Source: Leidyana gryllorum EB-2025a | Lineage: Eukaryota; Protista; Apicomplexa | Length of the DNA: 9,286 nucleotides | Reading direction: 5' to 3' | NCBI GenBank assembly: GCA_048772705.1 | Contig: JBLWGC010000057.1 | Location: 1-9,286, forward strand | In this document: piece by piece, positions 1 to 6,127 of the stretch | How the letters are laid out: every line of letters starts with the position of its first letter | Numbering within the stretch: the stretch's first letter is position 1 | Program-made: the position numbers and the translations under genes | Notes under the pieces: model-generated | What the model was told of the DNA's origin: nothing | What the model saw: the letters and a program-made list of their open reading frames with translations, nothing else | Databases searched by the model: none

Positions 1-81
1 CCTAATGGCACTTGTGGTCTGCGACCCTTCAAAGATGACAACGATGGGTTTGAATCCGGCCACGTGCAGCCGTACGTACTT

Positions 82-154
82 TGGACGACCTGGGCATCGA
101 TCCCAGTACCTCTCGCATGCTATGCGAGCGCTCTACCATTTGAACTAGTCGCCC
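82..154 (-). tRNA. tRNA-Ala-AGC: tRNA-Ala(AGC), variant copy (A32, G-U in D-stem)
   Basis: Revcomp GGGCGACTAGTTCAAATGGTAGAGCGCTCGC-AT AGC AT-GCGAGAGGTACTGGGATCGATGCCCAGGTCGTCCA; 73-nt cloverleaf with eukaryotic Ala GATCG T-loop. Confidence 0.88.
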
Positions 155-242
155 GTTGTGCGGACCCCATCGCATTTGTTGGTTCTCAACATAGGATGAC
201 CACTTTTTGGACTGTCTTCAGCGGGTTGCACGAATGACAGGC

Positions 243-314
243 GGCTGTTTGGTCTAGTGGTATGATTCTTCCGTCGGGTGGAAGAAGTCTTGGGTTCCAT
301 TCCCAAACCAGCCC
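243..314 (+). tRNA. tRNA-Pro-CGG: tRNA-Pro(CGG), degenerate (probable pseudogene)
   Basis: GGCTGTTTGGTCTAGTGGTATGATT CTTCC GT CGG GT GGAAG...; T-loop TTCC, G32, acceptor mismatch. Confidence 0.8.
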
Positions 315-390
315 GCTTTGTTGTATCTTGACCCAACCTGCCTGGCAGCATGGTTCTGGGTTCGGGTGATTCCTCGGAGAGAGTCGGAGG

Positions 391-463
391 GGGAGTGTAG
401 CGCAGTCGGTAGGGCGTAGGTCTCATAATCCTGAAGTCGAGAGTTCGATCCTCTCCACTCCCA
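391..463 (+). tRNA. tRNA-Met-CAT: elongator tRNA-Met(CAT), D-stem mismatch
   Basis: GGGAGTG/CACTCCC acceptor, TAGGT CT CAT AA TCCTG, GAGAG TTCGATC CTCTC; differs from the 5819-5891 copy by one D-stem base. Confidence 0.88.
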
Positions 464-507
464 CGGTCGGAATCGAAACCGCCGACAAACTCATCATGCT
501 ACCATTT

Positions 508-575
508 TGCAGTCGGGAATCGCACACAGGTTATCTCCATTGCAGCGAGCGACTCTTCCACTAGACCACAGATGC
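508..575 (-). pseudogene. tRNA-Gly(GCC)-derived pseudogene
   Basis: Revcomp begins GCATCTGTGGTCTAGTGG like Gly at 4878; anticodon arm, T-arm and 3' acceptor strand damaged. Confidence 0.75.
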
Positions 576-640
576 AGAACACGATCTTGTGAATCTTGCG
601 CGTGGTGACAGCCATTCCTCTTAAGCTATCGATGCATCAA

Positions 641-712
641 AGCCTTCTGCCGGAATCGAACCGGCGACTTCTCGCTGACGAAGCGAACGCTCCGCCCCTA
701 AGCTGAGAAGGC
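641..712 (-). tRNA. tRNA-Thr-CGT: tRNA-Thr(CGT), variant (C8, C37)
   Basis: Revcomp GCCTTCTCAGCTTAGGGGCGGAGCG TTCGC TT CGT CA GCGAG AAGTCGCCGGTTCGATTCCGGCAGAAGGCT; 3 substitutions vs 5569-5640. Confidence 0.8.
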
Positions 713-786
713 AATGTACCCGGGTATGACGAAAAAGCGCTATCGACGGAGATTAGTGGAGCACTTTGCTCGAGTAGTTTAATGAC

Positions 787-859
787 TTCCACTGCCGGGA
801 CTTGAACCCGGATCGTGCGGGTGAAAGGCGCATATCCTAGCCACTTAGACTACAGTGAA
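787..859 (-). tRNA. tRNA-Glu-TTC: tRNA-Glu(TTC), variant
   Basis: Revcomp TTCACTGTAGTCTAAGTGGCTAGGATA TGCGC CT TTC AC CCGCA ...GGTTCAAGTCCCGGCAGTGGAA; C-C mismatch in the anticodon stem. Confidence 0.85.
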
Positions 860-909
860 CAAGCCCCCGAGCTCAGCCTTCGGCCTAGAGCTGTACCGTC
901 TTGGAAATC

Positions 910-979
910 AGTGGTACCCAGCTCGTGCAATCTTACCGGAACTCGAGTCTGGCACCTTGGACCACCCCGAAATCCGTGC
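910..979 (-). pseudogene. tRNA-Leu(CAA)-like remnant
   Basis: Revcomp GCACGGATTTCGGGGTGGTCCAAGGTG CCAGA CT CGA GT TCCGG resembles the eukaryotic Leu GTGGTCxAAGGCGCCAGACTCAAGTTCTGG; 3' half not recognisable; boundaries approximate. Confidence 0.5.
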
Positions 980-1053
980 CGTACTTCTGAGCTTGAGAGC
1001 GCCACTGTTGAGGGTCTGAGGCTGAGCCTTCGAATCTCGCAGCACTTGGACGA

Positions 1054-1133
1054 CCGGGGGTAGCTCAGTTGGTAGAGCATCTGACTGTAGTGCTGGCATC
1101 AGATAGTCGGCGGTTCGATTCCGTCCCACCGGA
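1054..1133 (+). tRNA. tRNA-Tyr-GTA: tRNA-Tyr(GTA) with 7-nt intron (1091-1097)
   Basis: CCGGGGG TAGCTCAGTTGGTAGAGC A TCTGA CT GTA G [TGCTGGC] A TCAGA TAGTC GGCGG TTCGATT CCGTC CCACCGG A; C1-G72/A73 eukaryotic Tyr identity; one G-A acceptor mismatch. Confidence 0.9.
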
Positions 1134-1164
1134 AGTAGAGTGGTGGTTGGCAGACTACTACTCA

Positions 1165-1206
1165 ACCTGATGGACAGCGTTGATAGGCCAACTAGACTAC
1201 TCCGGC
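1165..1206 (-). pseudogene. possible 5' half remnant of a tRNA (His-like)
   Basis: Revcomp GCCGGAG TA GTCT AGTTGG...CAACGCTGT has an A-box-like start; no T-arm. Confidence 0.3.
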
Positions 1207-1227
1207 GAGAATTCCATCTATGTAGCT

Positions 1228-1299
1228 TGGATGGGCTGGGAATCGATCCCAGAACCTTTCGTGCACTAAGCACCGTTTCATCATCTGGGCTAGCCTCCC
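1228..1299 (-). pseudogene. tRNA-Ala-derived pseudogene
   Basis: Revcomp GGGAGGCTAGCCCAGATG...GGTTCTGGGATCGATTCCCAGCCCATCCA; Ala-type T-arm intact, D and anticodon arms decayed. Confidence 0.7.
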
Positions 1300-1306
1300 T
1301 CTGTGC

Positions 1307-1408
1307 CTACCTCACGGCATTGAGTGATACTTCACATAGTGAGACGAGTCTCTCGACTACCTCATGGCATTGAGTGATACTTCACATAGTGATACGAGTC
1401 TCTCGACT
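1307..1408 (+). repeat. tandem duplication, 2 x 50 bp
   Basis: CTACCTCA(C/T)GGCATTGAGTGATACTTCACATAGTGA(G/T)ACGAGTCTCTCGA at 1307-1356 and 1357-1406; 2 mismatches. Confidence 0.95.
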
Positions 1409-1438
1409 GTACCCAGCGGGTTGAACCACCGACCAGTC

Positions 1439-1509
1439 GGCTGTTTGGTCTAGTGGTATGATCCTTCCTCAGGGTGGAAGTAGTCGTGGTTCGATTCCCA
1501 GAACGGCCC
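1439..1509 (+). pseudogene. tRNA-Pro(AGG) pseudogene
   Basis: CTTCC TC AGG GT GGAAG (U33 to C); T-stem 5' strand damaged with a 1-nt deletion vs the 3498 copy. Confidence 0.8.
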
Positions 1510-1650
1510 TCTTGGTCGTCGGTTGACCCGACGGGACAAGTTGCCCTCAGAAACAACACAACCACCTCGTTAGCCCACTTGGGTAGGGCAGTCAGGGTAA
1601 CTAGCACCTCAAGAATCGCATTTCGGCTACCTCTTCCATGTTGCAGACTG

Positions 1651-1722
1651 AGCATTGTAGCTCAGTGGAAGAGTGTTGGGCTCATAACCCAAAGGTCCGT
1701 CGATCGAAACGACGCACTGCTA
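1651..1722 (+). tRNA. tRNA-iMet-CAT: initiator tRNA-Met(CAT), one acceptor mismatch
   Basis: A1-U72, TTGGG CT CAT AA CCCAA, T-loop ATCGAAA: eukaryotic initiator signatures. Confidence 0.9.
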
Positions 1723-1771
1723 AGTGTGCGCAGAAGCGAAACAGTTACAGAATAGATTTTCTCGTGAGCAA

Positions 1772-1843
1772 AGCCTTCTGCCGGAATCGAACCGGCGACC
1801 TTTCGCTTACTAAGCGAATGCTCTGCCCCTAAGCTAAGAAGGC
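1772..1843 (-). tRNA. tRNA-Thr-AGT: tRNA-Thr(AGT)
   Basis: Revcomp GCCTTCTTAGCTTAGGGGCAGAGCA TTCGC TT AGT AA GCGAA AGGTCGCCGGTTCGATTCCGGCAGAAGGCT; clean cloverleaf. Confidence 0.95.
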
Positions 1844-1971
1844 AATATCAGCTGGTAATCACGCATCAGTCACTATTGACGGAAGTTACTGGAGCACATT
1901 GTTCCACCAGTCAATCCTTCCACTGCTCCACCCAAGGGCAAATAGGGTGTAACTAAGTTTAGAGCTTCCTT

Positions 1972-2044
1972 GCCGCCCTAGCTCAGTCGGTAGAGCGCAA
2001 GACTTTTAATCTTGCAGTCGCGGGTTCGAGCCCCGCGGACGGTG
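1972..2044 (+). tRNA. tRNA-Lys-TTT: tRNA-Lys(TTT), one acceptor mismatch
   Basis: GCCGCCCTAGCTCAGTCGGTAGAGCG CAAGA CT TTT AA TCTTG CAGTC GCGGG TTCGAGC CCCGC GGACGGTG. Confidence 0.92.
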
Positions 2045-2104
2045 CAAATCAATGTCTCTGGGAGTAGGAATGGAACCGTTGCCTACAAGCACACTCAGCT
2101 GGAT

Positions 2105-2177
2105 TTCAACTGCCGGGACTTGAACCCGGATCGTGCGGGTGAGAGCCGCATATCCTAGCCACTTAGACTACAGTGGA
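2105..2177 (-). tRNA. tRNA-Glu-CTC: tRNA-Glu(CTC), one acceptor mismatch
   Basis: Revcomp TCCACTG...TGCGG CT CTC AC CCGCA...CAGTTGAA. Confidence 0.9.
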
Positions 2178-2309
2178 CAACTCCCTCAGCTGCAGCTTTA
2201 GCCGAGAGCCGTACCCTCGTGACAAGACGTGGTCTACAACAAAGGGGTTGCAGAATCGTGCGGTAGAAAGCGAAGGGTCTCTTTACTGACCTCTGAAACA
2301 TTGTCGCTG

Positions 2310-2373
2310 GGTCTTGTAGCTCGGTCGGCAGAGCGTGTGGCTGACAACCACAAACCCGCCGGTTCGAGGACCG
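2310..2373 (+). pseudogene. tRNA-Asn-derived pseudogene (anticodon GAC, T-arm deletion)
   Basis: GGTCTTGTAGCTCGGTCGGCAGAGCG TGTGG CT GAC AA CCACA...GGTTCGAGGACCG; inverted paralogue of Asn 2991-3063 lacking 9 nt. Confidence 0.8.
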
Positions 2374-2491
2374 GTTTTAGAGGCACCCTAGACACTGACT
2401 GCGCTGCTCTCCCAATGGCACTTGTGGTCTGCGACCCTTCAAAGATGTAAGGTTGGGTTTGGCTCCCGCCACGTACAGCCGTAGCGTACTT

Positions 2492-2564
2492 TGGACGACC
2501 TGGGCATCGATCCCAGTACCTCTCGCATGCTAAGCGAGCGCTCTACCATTAGAGCTAGTCGCCC
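2492..2564 (-). tRNA. tRNA-Ala-AGC: tRNA-Ala(AGC), A14 to T variant
   Basis: Revcomp GGGCGACTAGCTCTAATGGTAGAGCG CTCGC TT AGC AT GCGAG...GTCGTCCA. Confidence 0.9.
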
Positions 2565-2642
2565 ATTGAGCAAACCCCAGTACATCCAGTTCTTTTTTAC
2601 ATGGTATGACCAGTCTCTCCACTTTGCACAAACCACGCAGGA

Positions 2643-2715
2643 AACGGCTGGAGGGACCCGAATACTCAACCTTCGCCTTAGGAGGGCAACGCGCTATGCA
2701 TTGCGGCACAACCGC
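2643..2715 (-). pseudogene. tRNA-Arg(CCT) pseudogene
   Basis: Revcomp GCGGTTGTGCCGCAATGCATAGCGCG TTGCC CT CCT AA GGCGA AGGTTGAGTATTCGGGTCCCTCCAGCCGT; D-loop GG lost, T-stem mismatched. Confidence 0.75.
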
Positions 2716-2796
2716 ATTCGCAACCCATCCACCGGGCTGTCCCAAGGTGTCTCCTCTTACACCTAACTAGTATCGAGATGACCGAAGCTTGTCTAT

Positions 2797-2869
2797 GGTG
2801 CGGTGGCCTAATGGATAGGGCATCGGTCTTCGGAACCGGGAGTTGTGGGTTCGAGTCCCATCCGCATCA
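2797..2869 (+). tRNA. tRNA-Arg-TCG: tRNA-Arg(TCG)
   Basis: GGTGCGGTGGCCTAATGGATAGGGCA TCGGT CT TCG GA ACCGG GAGTT GTGGG TTCGAGT CCCAT CCGCATC A. Confidence 0.93.
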
Positions 2870-2990
2870 TGGCCTCTCACGCGAAAGACGTTCCGCAAGC
2901 TTGCTAGCTGTATGGGGAGCCACTGCCGCGCATGTCGAGTTGGAGTGCTCGTGATATGATTTTCCTTCCCTTGGAGAGTGCCTCTGAAAC

Positions 2991-3063
2991 CGGTCCTGGC
3001 AAGTTTCGAACCTGCGACTTTGTGGTTAACAGCCACACGCTCTGCCGACTGAGCTACAAGACC
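2991..3063 (-). tRNA. tRNA-Asn-GTT: tRNA-Asn(GTT)
   Basis: Revcomp GGTCTTGTAGCTCAGTCGGCAGAGCG TGTGG CT GTT AA CCACA AAGTCGCAGGTTCGAAACTTGCCAGGACCG. Confidence 0.93.
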
Positions 3064-3180
3064 CAGCTACAATGGTTCAGAGGTTAGTATAGAGATCCTC
3101 CTTTTTCTACAACAGGATTCTGCAACCACGTCTTGTCAAGAGGGTACGGCTCTCGGCTAAAGCTGCAGCTGAGGAAGTTG

Positions 3181-3253
3181 TCCACTGTAGTCTAAGTGGC
3201 TAGGATATGCGGCTCTCACCCGCACGATCCGGGTTCAAGTCCCGGCAGTGGAG
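3181..3253 (+). tRNA. tRNA-Glu-CTC: tRNA-Glu(CTC)
   Basis: TCCACTG/CAGTGGA acceptor, TGCGG CT CTC AC CCGCA, CCGGG TTCAAGT CCCGG. Confidence 0.95.
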
Positions 3254-3305
3254 AGTGTGCTTGCAGGCAACAGTTCCATTCTTACTTCCAGGGGATATAG
3301 ATCCA

Positions 3306-3378
3306 CACCGCCCGCGGGGCTCGAACCCGCGACTGCAAGATTAAGAGTCTTGCGCTCTACCGACTGAGCTAGGGCGGC
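3306..3378 (-). tRNA. tRNA-Lys-CTT: tRNA-Lys(CTT)
   Basis: Revcomp GCCGCCCTAGCTCAGTCGGTAGAGCG CAAGA CT CTT AA TCTTG ...CCCGCGGGCGGTG; clean. Confidence 0.95.
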
Positions 3379-3497
3379 AAGAAAGCAAGGACATAAAACC
3401 CGATAGCCTGACATCTAAAGTGGCTTTGGTACCCACCAGCCTCACATAGTATGACCACTCTCGCGACTGTGCTCACTGGGTTGCACGACCGACAGGC

Positions 3498-3569
3498 GGC
3501 TGTTTGGTCTAGTGGTATGATCCTTCCTTAGGGTGGAAGGAGTCCTGGGTTCAATTCCCAGAACAGCCC
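3498..3569 (+). tRNA. tRNA-Pro-AGG: tRNA-Pro(AGG)
   Basis: GGCTGTT/AACAGCC, CTTCC TT AGG GT GGAAG, CTGGG TTCAATT CCCAG; clean. Confidence 0.95.
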
Positions 3570-3695
3570 TCTTGGTTGTCGGTTGACCCGATGGGATAAG
3601 CAGTTTTAGAAGTAACACAGCCACCTCGTTGCCACTTCGGGGCAATTAACATCTCAAGAATCGCATTCCGGCTCCTTCTTCCATGTTGCAGACTA

Positions 3696-3767
3696 AGCAG
3701 TGTAGCTCAGTGGAAGAGTGTTGGGCTCATAACCCAAAGGTCCGTCGATCGAAACGACGCACTGCTA
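3696..3767 (+). tRNA. tRNA-iMet-CAT: initiator tRNA-Met(CAT)
   Basis: AGCAGTG/CACTGCT, GGG/CCC anticodon stem, ATCGAAA T-loop; clean. Confidence 0.96.
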
Positions 3768-3816
3768 AGTGTGCGCAGGAGGGAAACAGCTATAGAATCG
3801 ATTGGGTCGTGACCAA

Positions 3817-3888
3817 AGCCTTCTGCCGGAATCGAACCGGCGACCTTTCGCTTACTAAGCGAATGCTCTGCCCCTAAACTAAGAAGGC
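3817..3888 (-). tRNA. tRNA-Thr-AGT: tRNA-Thr(AGT), weakened D-stem
   Basis: Identical to 1772-1843 except C11 to T. Confidence 0.9.
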
Positions 3889-3964
3889 AATGCAAGCCAA
3901 AGATCACGAGTCAGTCACTATTGACGGAGGTTACTGGAGCACTTTGCTCGAATGGTCCAATGAT

Positions 3965-4036
3965 TTCCACTGCCGGGACTTGAACCCGGATGTGCGGGTG
4001 AAAGCCGCATACCCTAGCCACTTAGACTACAGTGGA
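3965..4036 (-). tRNA. tRNA-Glu-TTC: tRNA-Glu(TTC)
   Basis: Revcomp TCCACTG...TGCGG CT TTC AC CCGCA CAT CCGGG TTCAAGT CCCGG CAGTGGAA; 1-nt variable-loop deletion and one D-arm change. Confidence 0.87.
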
Positions 4037-4212
4037 CGAGTGGTTGAGTTGGGGCTTCGGCCGAGAGCCGTACCGTCTTGGAAAATATGGATATGGAATG
4101 TCGGCGTGATCAAGTGAGTGGATCTCTGATACAAATTCGGACTTAGTAACCAATTCCATTTGTATTGATCGTGGAATCCTGTGCCTTCCTCGGGTACGGG
4201 GCGAGCTTCCTT

Positions 4213-4276
4213 GCCGCCCCAACTCCGTCGGTAGAGCGCAAGACTTTTGAAGGGAGAACCGCGGGTTCGGGCGGCG
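4213..4276 (+). pseudogene. tRNA-Lys(TTT) pseudogene
   Basis: GCCGCCCCAACTCCGTCGGTAGAGCGCAAGACTTTT...GCGGGTTCGGGCGGCG; 3' anticodon stem replaced, T-arm deleted. Confidence 0.8.
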
Positions 4277-4346
4277 CGAGCAGTCCTAGTAAAGCTCGCT
4301 GAATCGTATGTGAAGCCACTGGCCGCAAAATGCCAAGTTCGACAGC

Positions 4347-4428
4347 GGCAACTTGCCCGAGTGGTTAAGGGGGTAGACTAGAAATCTACTGGGCCTGGCC
4401 CGCGCTGGTTCAAATCCAGCAGTTGTCG
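4347..4428 (+). tRNA. tRNA-Ser-AGA: tRNA-Ser(AGA)
   Basis: GGCAACT...GTAGA CT AGA AA TCTAC, long variable arm GGGC CTG GCCC, GCTGG TTCAAAT CCAGC, G73. Confidence 0.96.
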
Positions 4429-4547
4429 TGTGCTGCGATCATCGGAGTAGGCGGCTGGGCTCAAAACACCAGCAGTACATGCTAAGGATTGCAGTGGCGA
4501 CGCAGAGGCATCAAGTAAGTGAATCGGTGCCATCTGTCGTCGGAGGC

Positions 4548-4621
4548 GGTCGCGTAGCTCAGTCGGTTAGAGCGTGAGCCTAATAAGCTCAAGGTCCCCG
4601 GTTCGAGCCCGGGCGTGACCA
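4548..4621 (+). tRNA. tRNA-Ile-AAT: tRNA-Ile(AAT)
   Basis: GGTCGCG/CGTGACC, TGAGC CT AAT AA GCTCA, CCCGG TTCGAGC CCGGG; clean. Confidence 0.96.
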
Positions 4622-4718
4622 AGGCAGTGGATCTGTGATACAGAGTTGCCCTCGACCCGAAGAAGCCCCAACATTCTACGACGAATACGGATGGAATCTG
4701 TTACTAAGTTCGACAGTT

Positions 4719-4801
4719 GCCAACTTGCCCGAGTGGGGAAGGGGAGAAGATTTGATCTCTACAGGGCCTGGGCCGGGCTGGTGCAGATCCAGCAGTTGTC
4801 G
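4719..4801 (+). pseudogene. tRNA-Ser pseudogene (TGA-like anticodon)
   Basis: GCCAACTTGCCCGAGTGG...GAAGA TT TGA TC TCTAC AGGGCCTGGGCC...GCTGGTGCAGATCCAGCAGTTGTCG; decayed paralogue of 4347. Confidence 0.8.
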
Positions 4802-4877
4802 TGCGATGTGATCGGAGGGGTCAGACACCAACTCAAGCGTGAATCCGTGGAATGGTGGGAAAAGCAACTGTGTCTTC

Positions 4878-4948
4878 TGCATCTGCCGGGAATCGAACCC
4901 GGGTCGTCTCGATGGCAACGAGACATTCTACCACTAGACCACAGATGC
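4878..4948 (-). tRNA. tRNA-Gly-GCC: tRNA-Gly(GCC)
   Basis: Revcomp GCATCTGTGGTCTAGTGGTAGAATG TCTCG TT GCC AT CGAGA CGAC CCGGG TTCGATT CCCGG CAGATGCA; clean. Confidence 0.96.
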
Positions 4949-4959
4949 ATAATATCTTG

Positions 4960-4974
4960 TTGAGCTAGTCGCCC
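4960..4974 (-). pseudogene. 5' fragment of tRNA-Ala, with its upstream flank
   Basis: TGAGCTAGTCGCCC followed by GCTGTGCAGACC, matching the Ala 5' end and flank at 6116-6141 (reverse). Confidence 0.6.
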
Positions 4975-5068
4975 GCTGTGCAGACCTCATAGCTTTCCGT
5001 GGTTTTCGCCCCTCATCAGATACCTGTTTCCAGAGACACACGCCCCTTTCTCAGTCCGAAAGCTCCGC

Positions 5069-5141
5069 GCAGCCATGGTCTAGTGGTTACGACGTCTGCT
5101 TCACACGCAGAAGGTCCCGAGTTCGATCCTCGGTGGCTGTA
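5069..5141 (+). tRNA. tRNA-Val-CAC: tRNA-Val(CAC)
   Basis: GCAGCCA/TGGCTGT, TCTGC TT CAC AC GCAGA, CCGAG TTCGATC CTCGG; clean. Confidence 0.95.
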
Positions 5142-5194
5142 GCTCGAAACTTTATCTGAGCACCACGAAATCTGAAGCGGAAAAACGAACTGTG

Positions 5195-5265
5195 CTCCGA
5201 GACCTGGAATCGACCCTGGTCTTCCGCGTGATAGGCGGAAATCCTAACCGCTATACTATCTCGGA
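5195..5265 (-). pseudogene. tRNA-Asp pseudogene with ATC anticodon
   Basis: Revcomp TCCGAGATAGTATAGCGGTTAGGATT TCCGC CT ATC AC GCGGA AGACCAGGGTCGATTCCAGGTCTCGGAG; T-arm damaged. Confidence 0.8.
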
Positions 5266-5359
5266 CGCTCTGGATACGCCGGCCTCCAACCCCAGAAGTT
5301 CTTCCATTTTGAGATTCCACGGATAGAAAACGCGTGGGGCGGCGAGCCAACAACATTTC

Positions 5360-5439
5360 GGCAAGATGGCCGAGTGGTCCAAGGCGCTGTGTTCAGGCCG
5401 CAGTCCGAAAGGGCGTGGGTTCGAATCCCACTCTTGTCA
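5360..5439 (+). tRNA. tRNA-Leu-CAG: tRNA-Leu(CAG)
   Basis: GGCAAGATGGCCGAGTGGTCCAAGGCG CTGTG TT CAG GC CGCAG TCCGAAAGGGC GTGGG TTCGAAT CCCAC TCTTGTC A. Confidence 0.95.
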
Positions 5440-5568
5440 GGCGTTGTAGTCAGGACAACCTGCGACTTCATCCCAGCATGCCCCCACGATGCGCGGGACT
5501 GCCCACCGTGCACGTAGCACCCGGCTAACTTTCGTCGATACAACTGACACATATTCTCCGGCTAAGTT

Positions 5569-5640
5569 GCCTTCTTAGCTTAGGGGCAGAGCGTTCGCTT
5601 CGTAAGCGAGAAGTCGCCGGTTCGATTCCGGCAGAAGGCT
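5569..5640 (+). tRNA. tRNA-Thr-CGT: tRNA-Thr(CGT)
   Basis: GCCTTCT/AGAAGGC, TTCGC TT CGT AA GCGAG, GCCGG TTCGATT CCGGC; clean. Confidence 0.95.
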
Positions 5641-5706
5641 TTGATGCGTCGATAGGCTTAAGAGGAATGGCTGTCACCACGTAGAAGATTTGCAAGATCG
5701 TGTTCT

Positions 5707-5774
5707 GCATCTGTGGTCTAGTGGAAGAGTCGCTCGCTGCCATCGAGATAACCTGTGTGCGATTCCCGACTGCA
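5707..5774 (+). pseudogene. tRNA-Gly(GCC) pseudogene
   Basis: GCATCTGTGGTCTAGTGGAAGAGTCGCTCGCTGCCATCGAGATAACCTGTGTGCGATTCCCGACTGCA; shares lesions with 508-575. Confidence 0.78.
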
Positions 5775-5818
5775 AAATGATAGCATGATGAGTTTGTCGG
5801 CGGTTTCGATTGCGACCG

Positions 5819-5891
5819 TGGGAGTGGAGAGGATCGAACTCTCGACTTCAGGATTATGAGACCTACGCGCTACCGACTGCGCTACACTCCC
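5819..5891 (-). tRNA. tRNA-Met-CAT: elongator tRNA-Met(CAT)
   Basis: Revcomp GGGAGTGTAGCGCAGTCGGTAGCGCG TAGGT CT CAT AA TCCTG AAGTCGAGAGTTCGATCCTCTCCACTCCCA; U31-U39 typical of eukaryotic elongator Met. Confidence 0.95.
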
Positions 5892-5967
5892 CCTCCGACT
5901 TTCTCCGAGGAATCACCCGAACCCAGAACCATGCTGCCAGACAGGTTGCGTCAAGATACAACAAAGC

Positions 5968-6039
5968 GGGCTGTTCTGGGAATGGAAACCAGGACTTCTT
6001 CCACCCGACGGAAGAATCATACCACTAGACCAAACAGCC
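5968..6039 (-). tRNA. tRNA-Pro-CGG: tRNA-Pro(CGG), degenerate (probable pseudogene)
   Basis: Revcomp ...CTTCC GT CGG GT GGAAG AAGTCCTGGTTTCCATTCCCAGAACAGCCC; B-box damaged; G32 and TTCC shared with the 243 copy. Confidence 0.8.
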
Positions 6040-6127
6040 GCCTGTCGGTGGTGCAATCCGTTGGGTGCAGTCGAGAGAGTGGTCATACTATGTCGAGAAC
6101 CAAGAAATGCGATGCGGTCTGCACAGC

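Larger units (their letters stand above)
62..714. repeat. Ala-Pro-Met-psiGly-Thr module; inverted copy at ~5567-6220
   Basis: Genes and spacers colinear in reverse complement, e.g. CTGGCAGCATGGTTCTGGGTTCGGGTGATTCCTCGGAGA (342-380) vs 5902-5940. Confidence 0.92.
1383..1926 (+). repeat. Pro-iMet-Thr-(Glu 3' stub) module; direct copy at ~3443-3973
   Basis: Shared spacers CTCAAGAATCGCATT, CTTCCATGTTGCAGACT, TCAGTCACTATTGACGGA. Confidence 0.92.
1964..2387. repeat. Lys-Glu-Asn module, left arm of an inverted repeat with 2977-3386
   Basis: CTCAGCTGCAGCTTTAGCCGAGAGCCGTACCCTC (2185-2218) is the reverse complement of 3140-3173; gene order mirrored. Confidence 0.92.
2977..3386. repeat. Asn-Glu-Lys module, right arm of the inverted repeat
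   Basis: Mirror of 1964-2387, enclosing about 590 bp with Ala, psiArg and Arg. Confidence 0.92.
4104..4815. repeat. Ile-Lys-Ser module, two tandem rearranged copies; inverted copy at ~7712-8112
   Basis: GCCACTGGCCGCAAAATGCC (4315-4334) vs reverse at 7816-7835; TCGGTGCCATCTGTCGT (4524-4540) vs reverse at 8096-8112. Confidence 0.88.

Noticed and set aside
1307-1408. Possible CRISPR repeat
   Set aside because: Only two abutting units, no spacers and no cas genes.
1964-3386. Long inverted repeats as transposon termini
   Set aside because: The arms consist of tRNA genes; no transposase or target-site duplication is evident.
5515-5540. GCACCCGGCTAACTTTCGT resembles the 16S rRNA 500 region
   Set aside because: Short match with no rRNA context; it aligns instead with the Thr upstream spacer (reverse of ~1868-1897).
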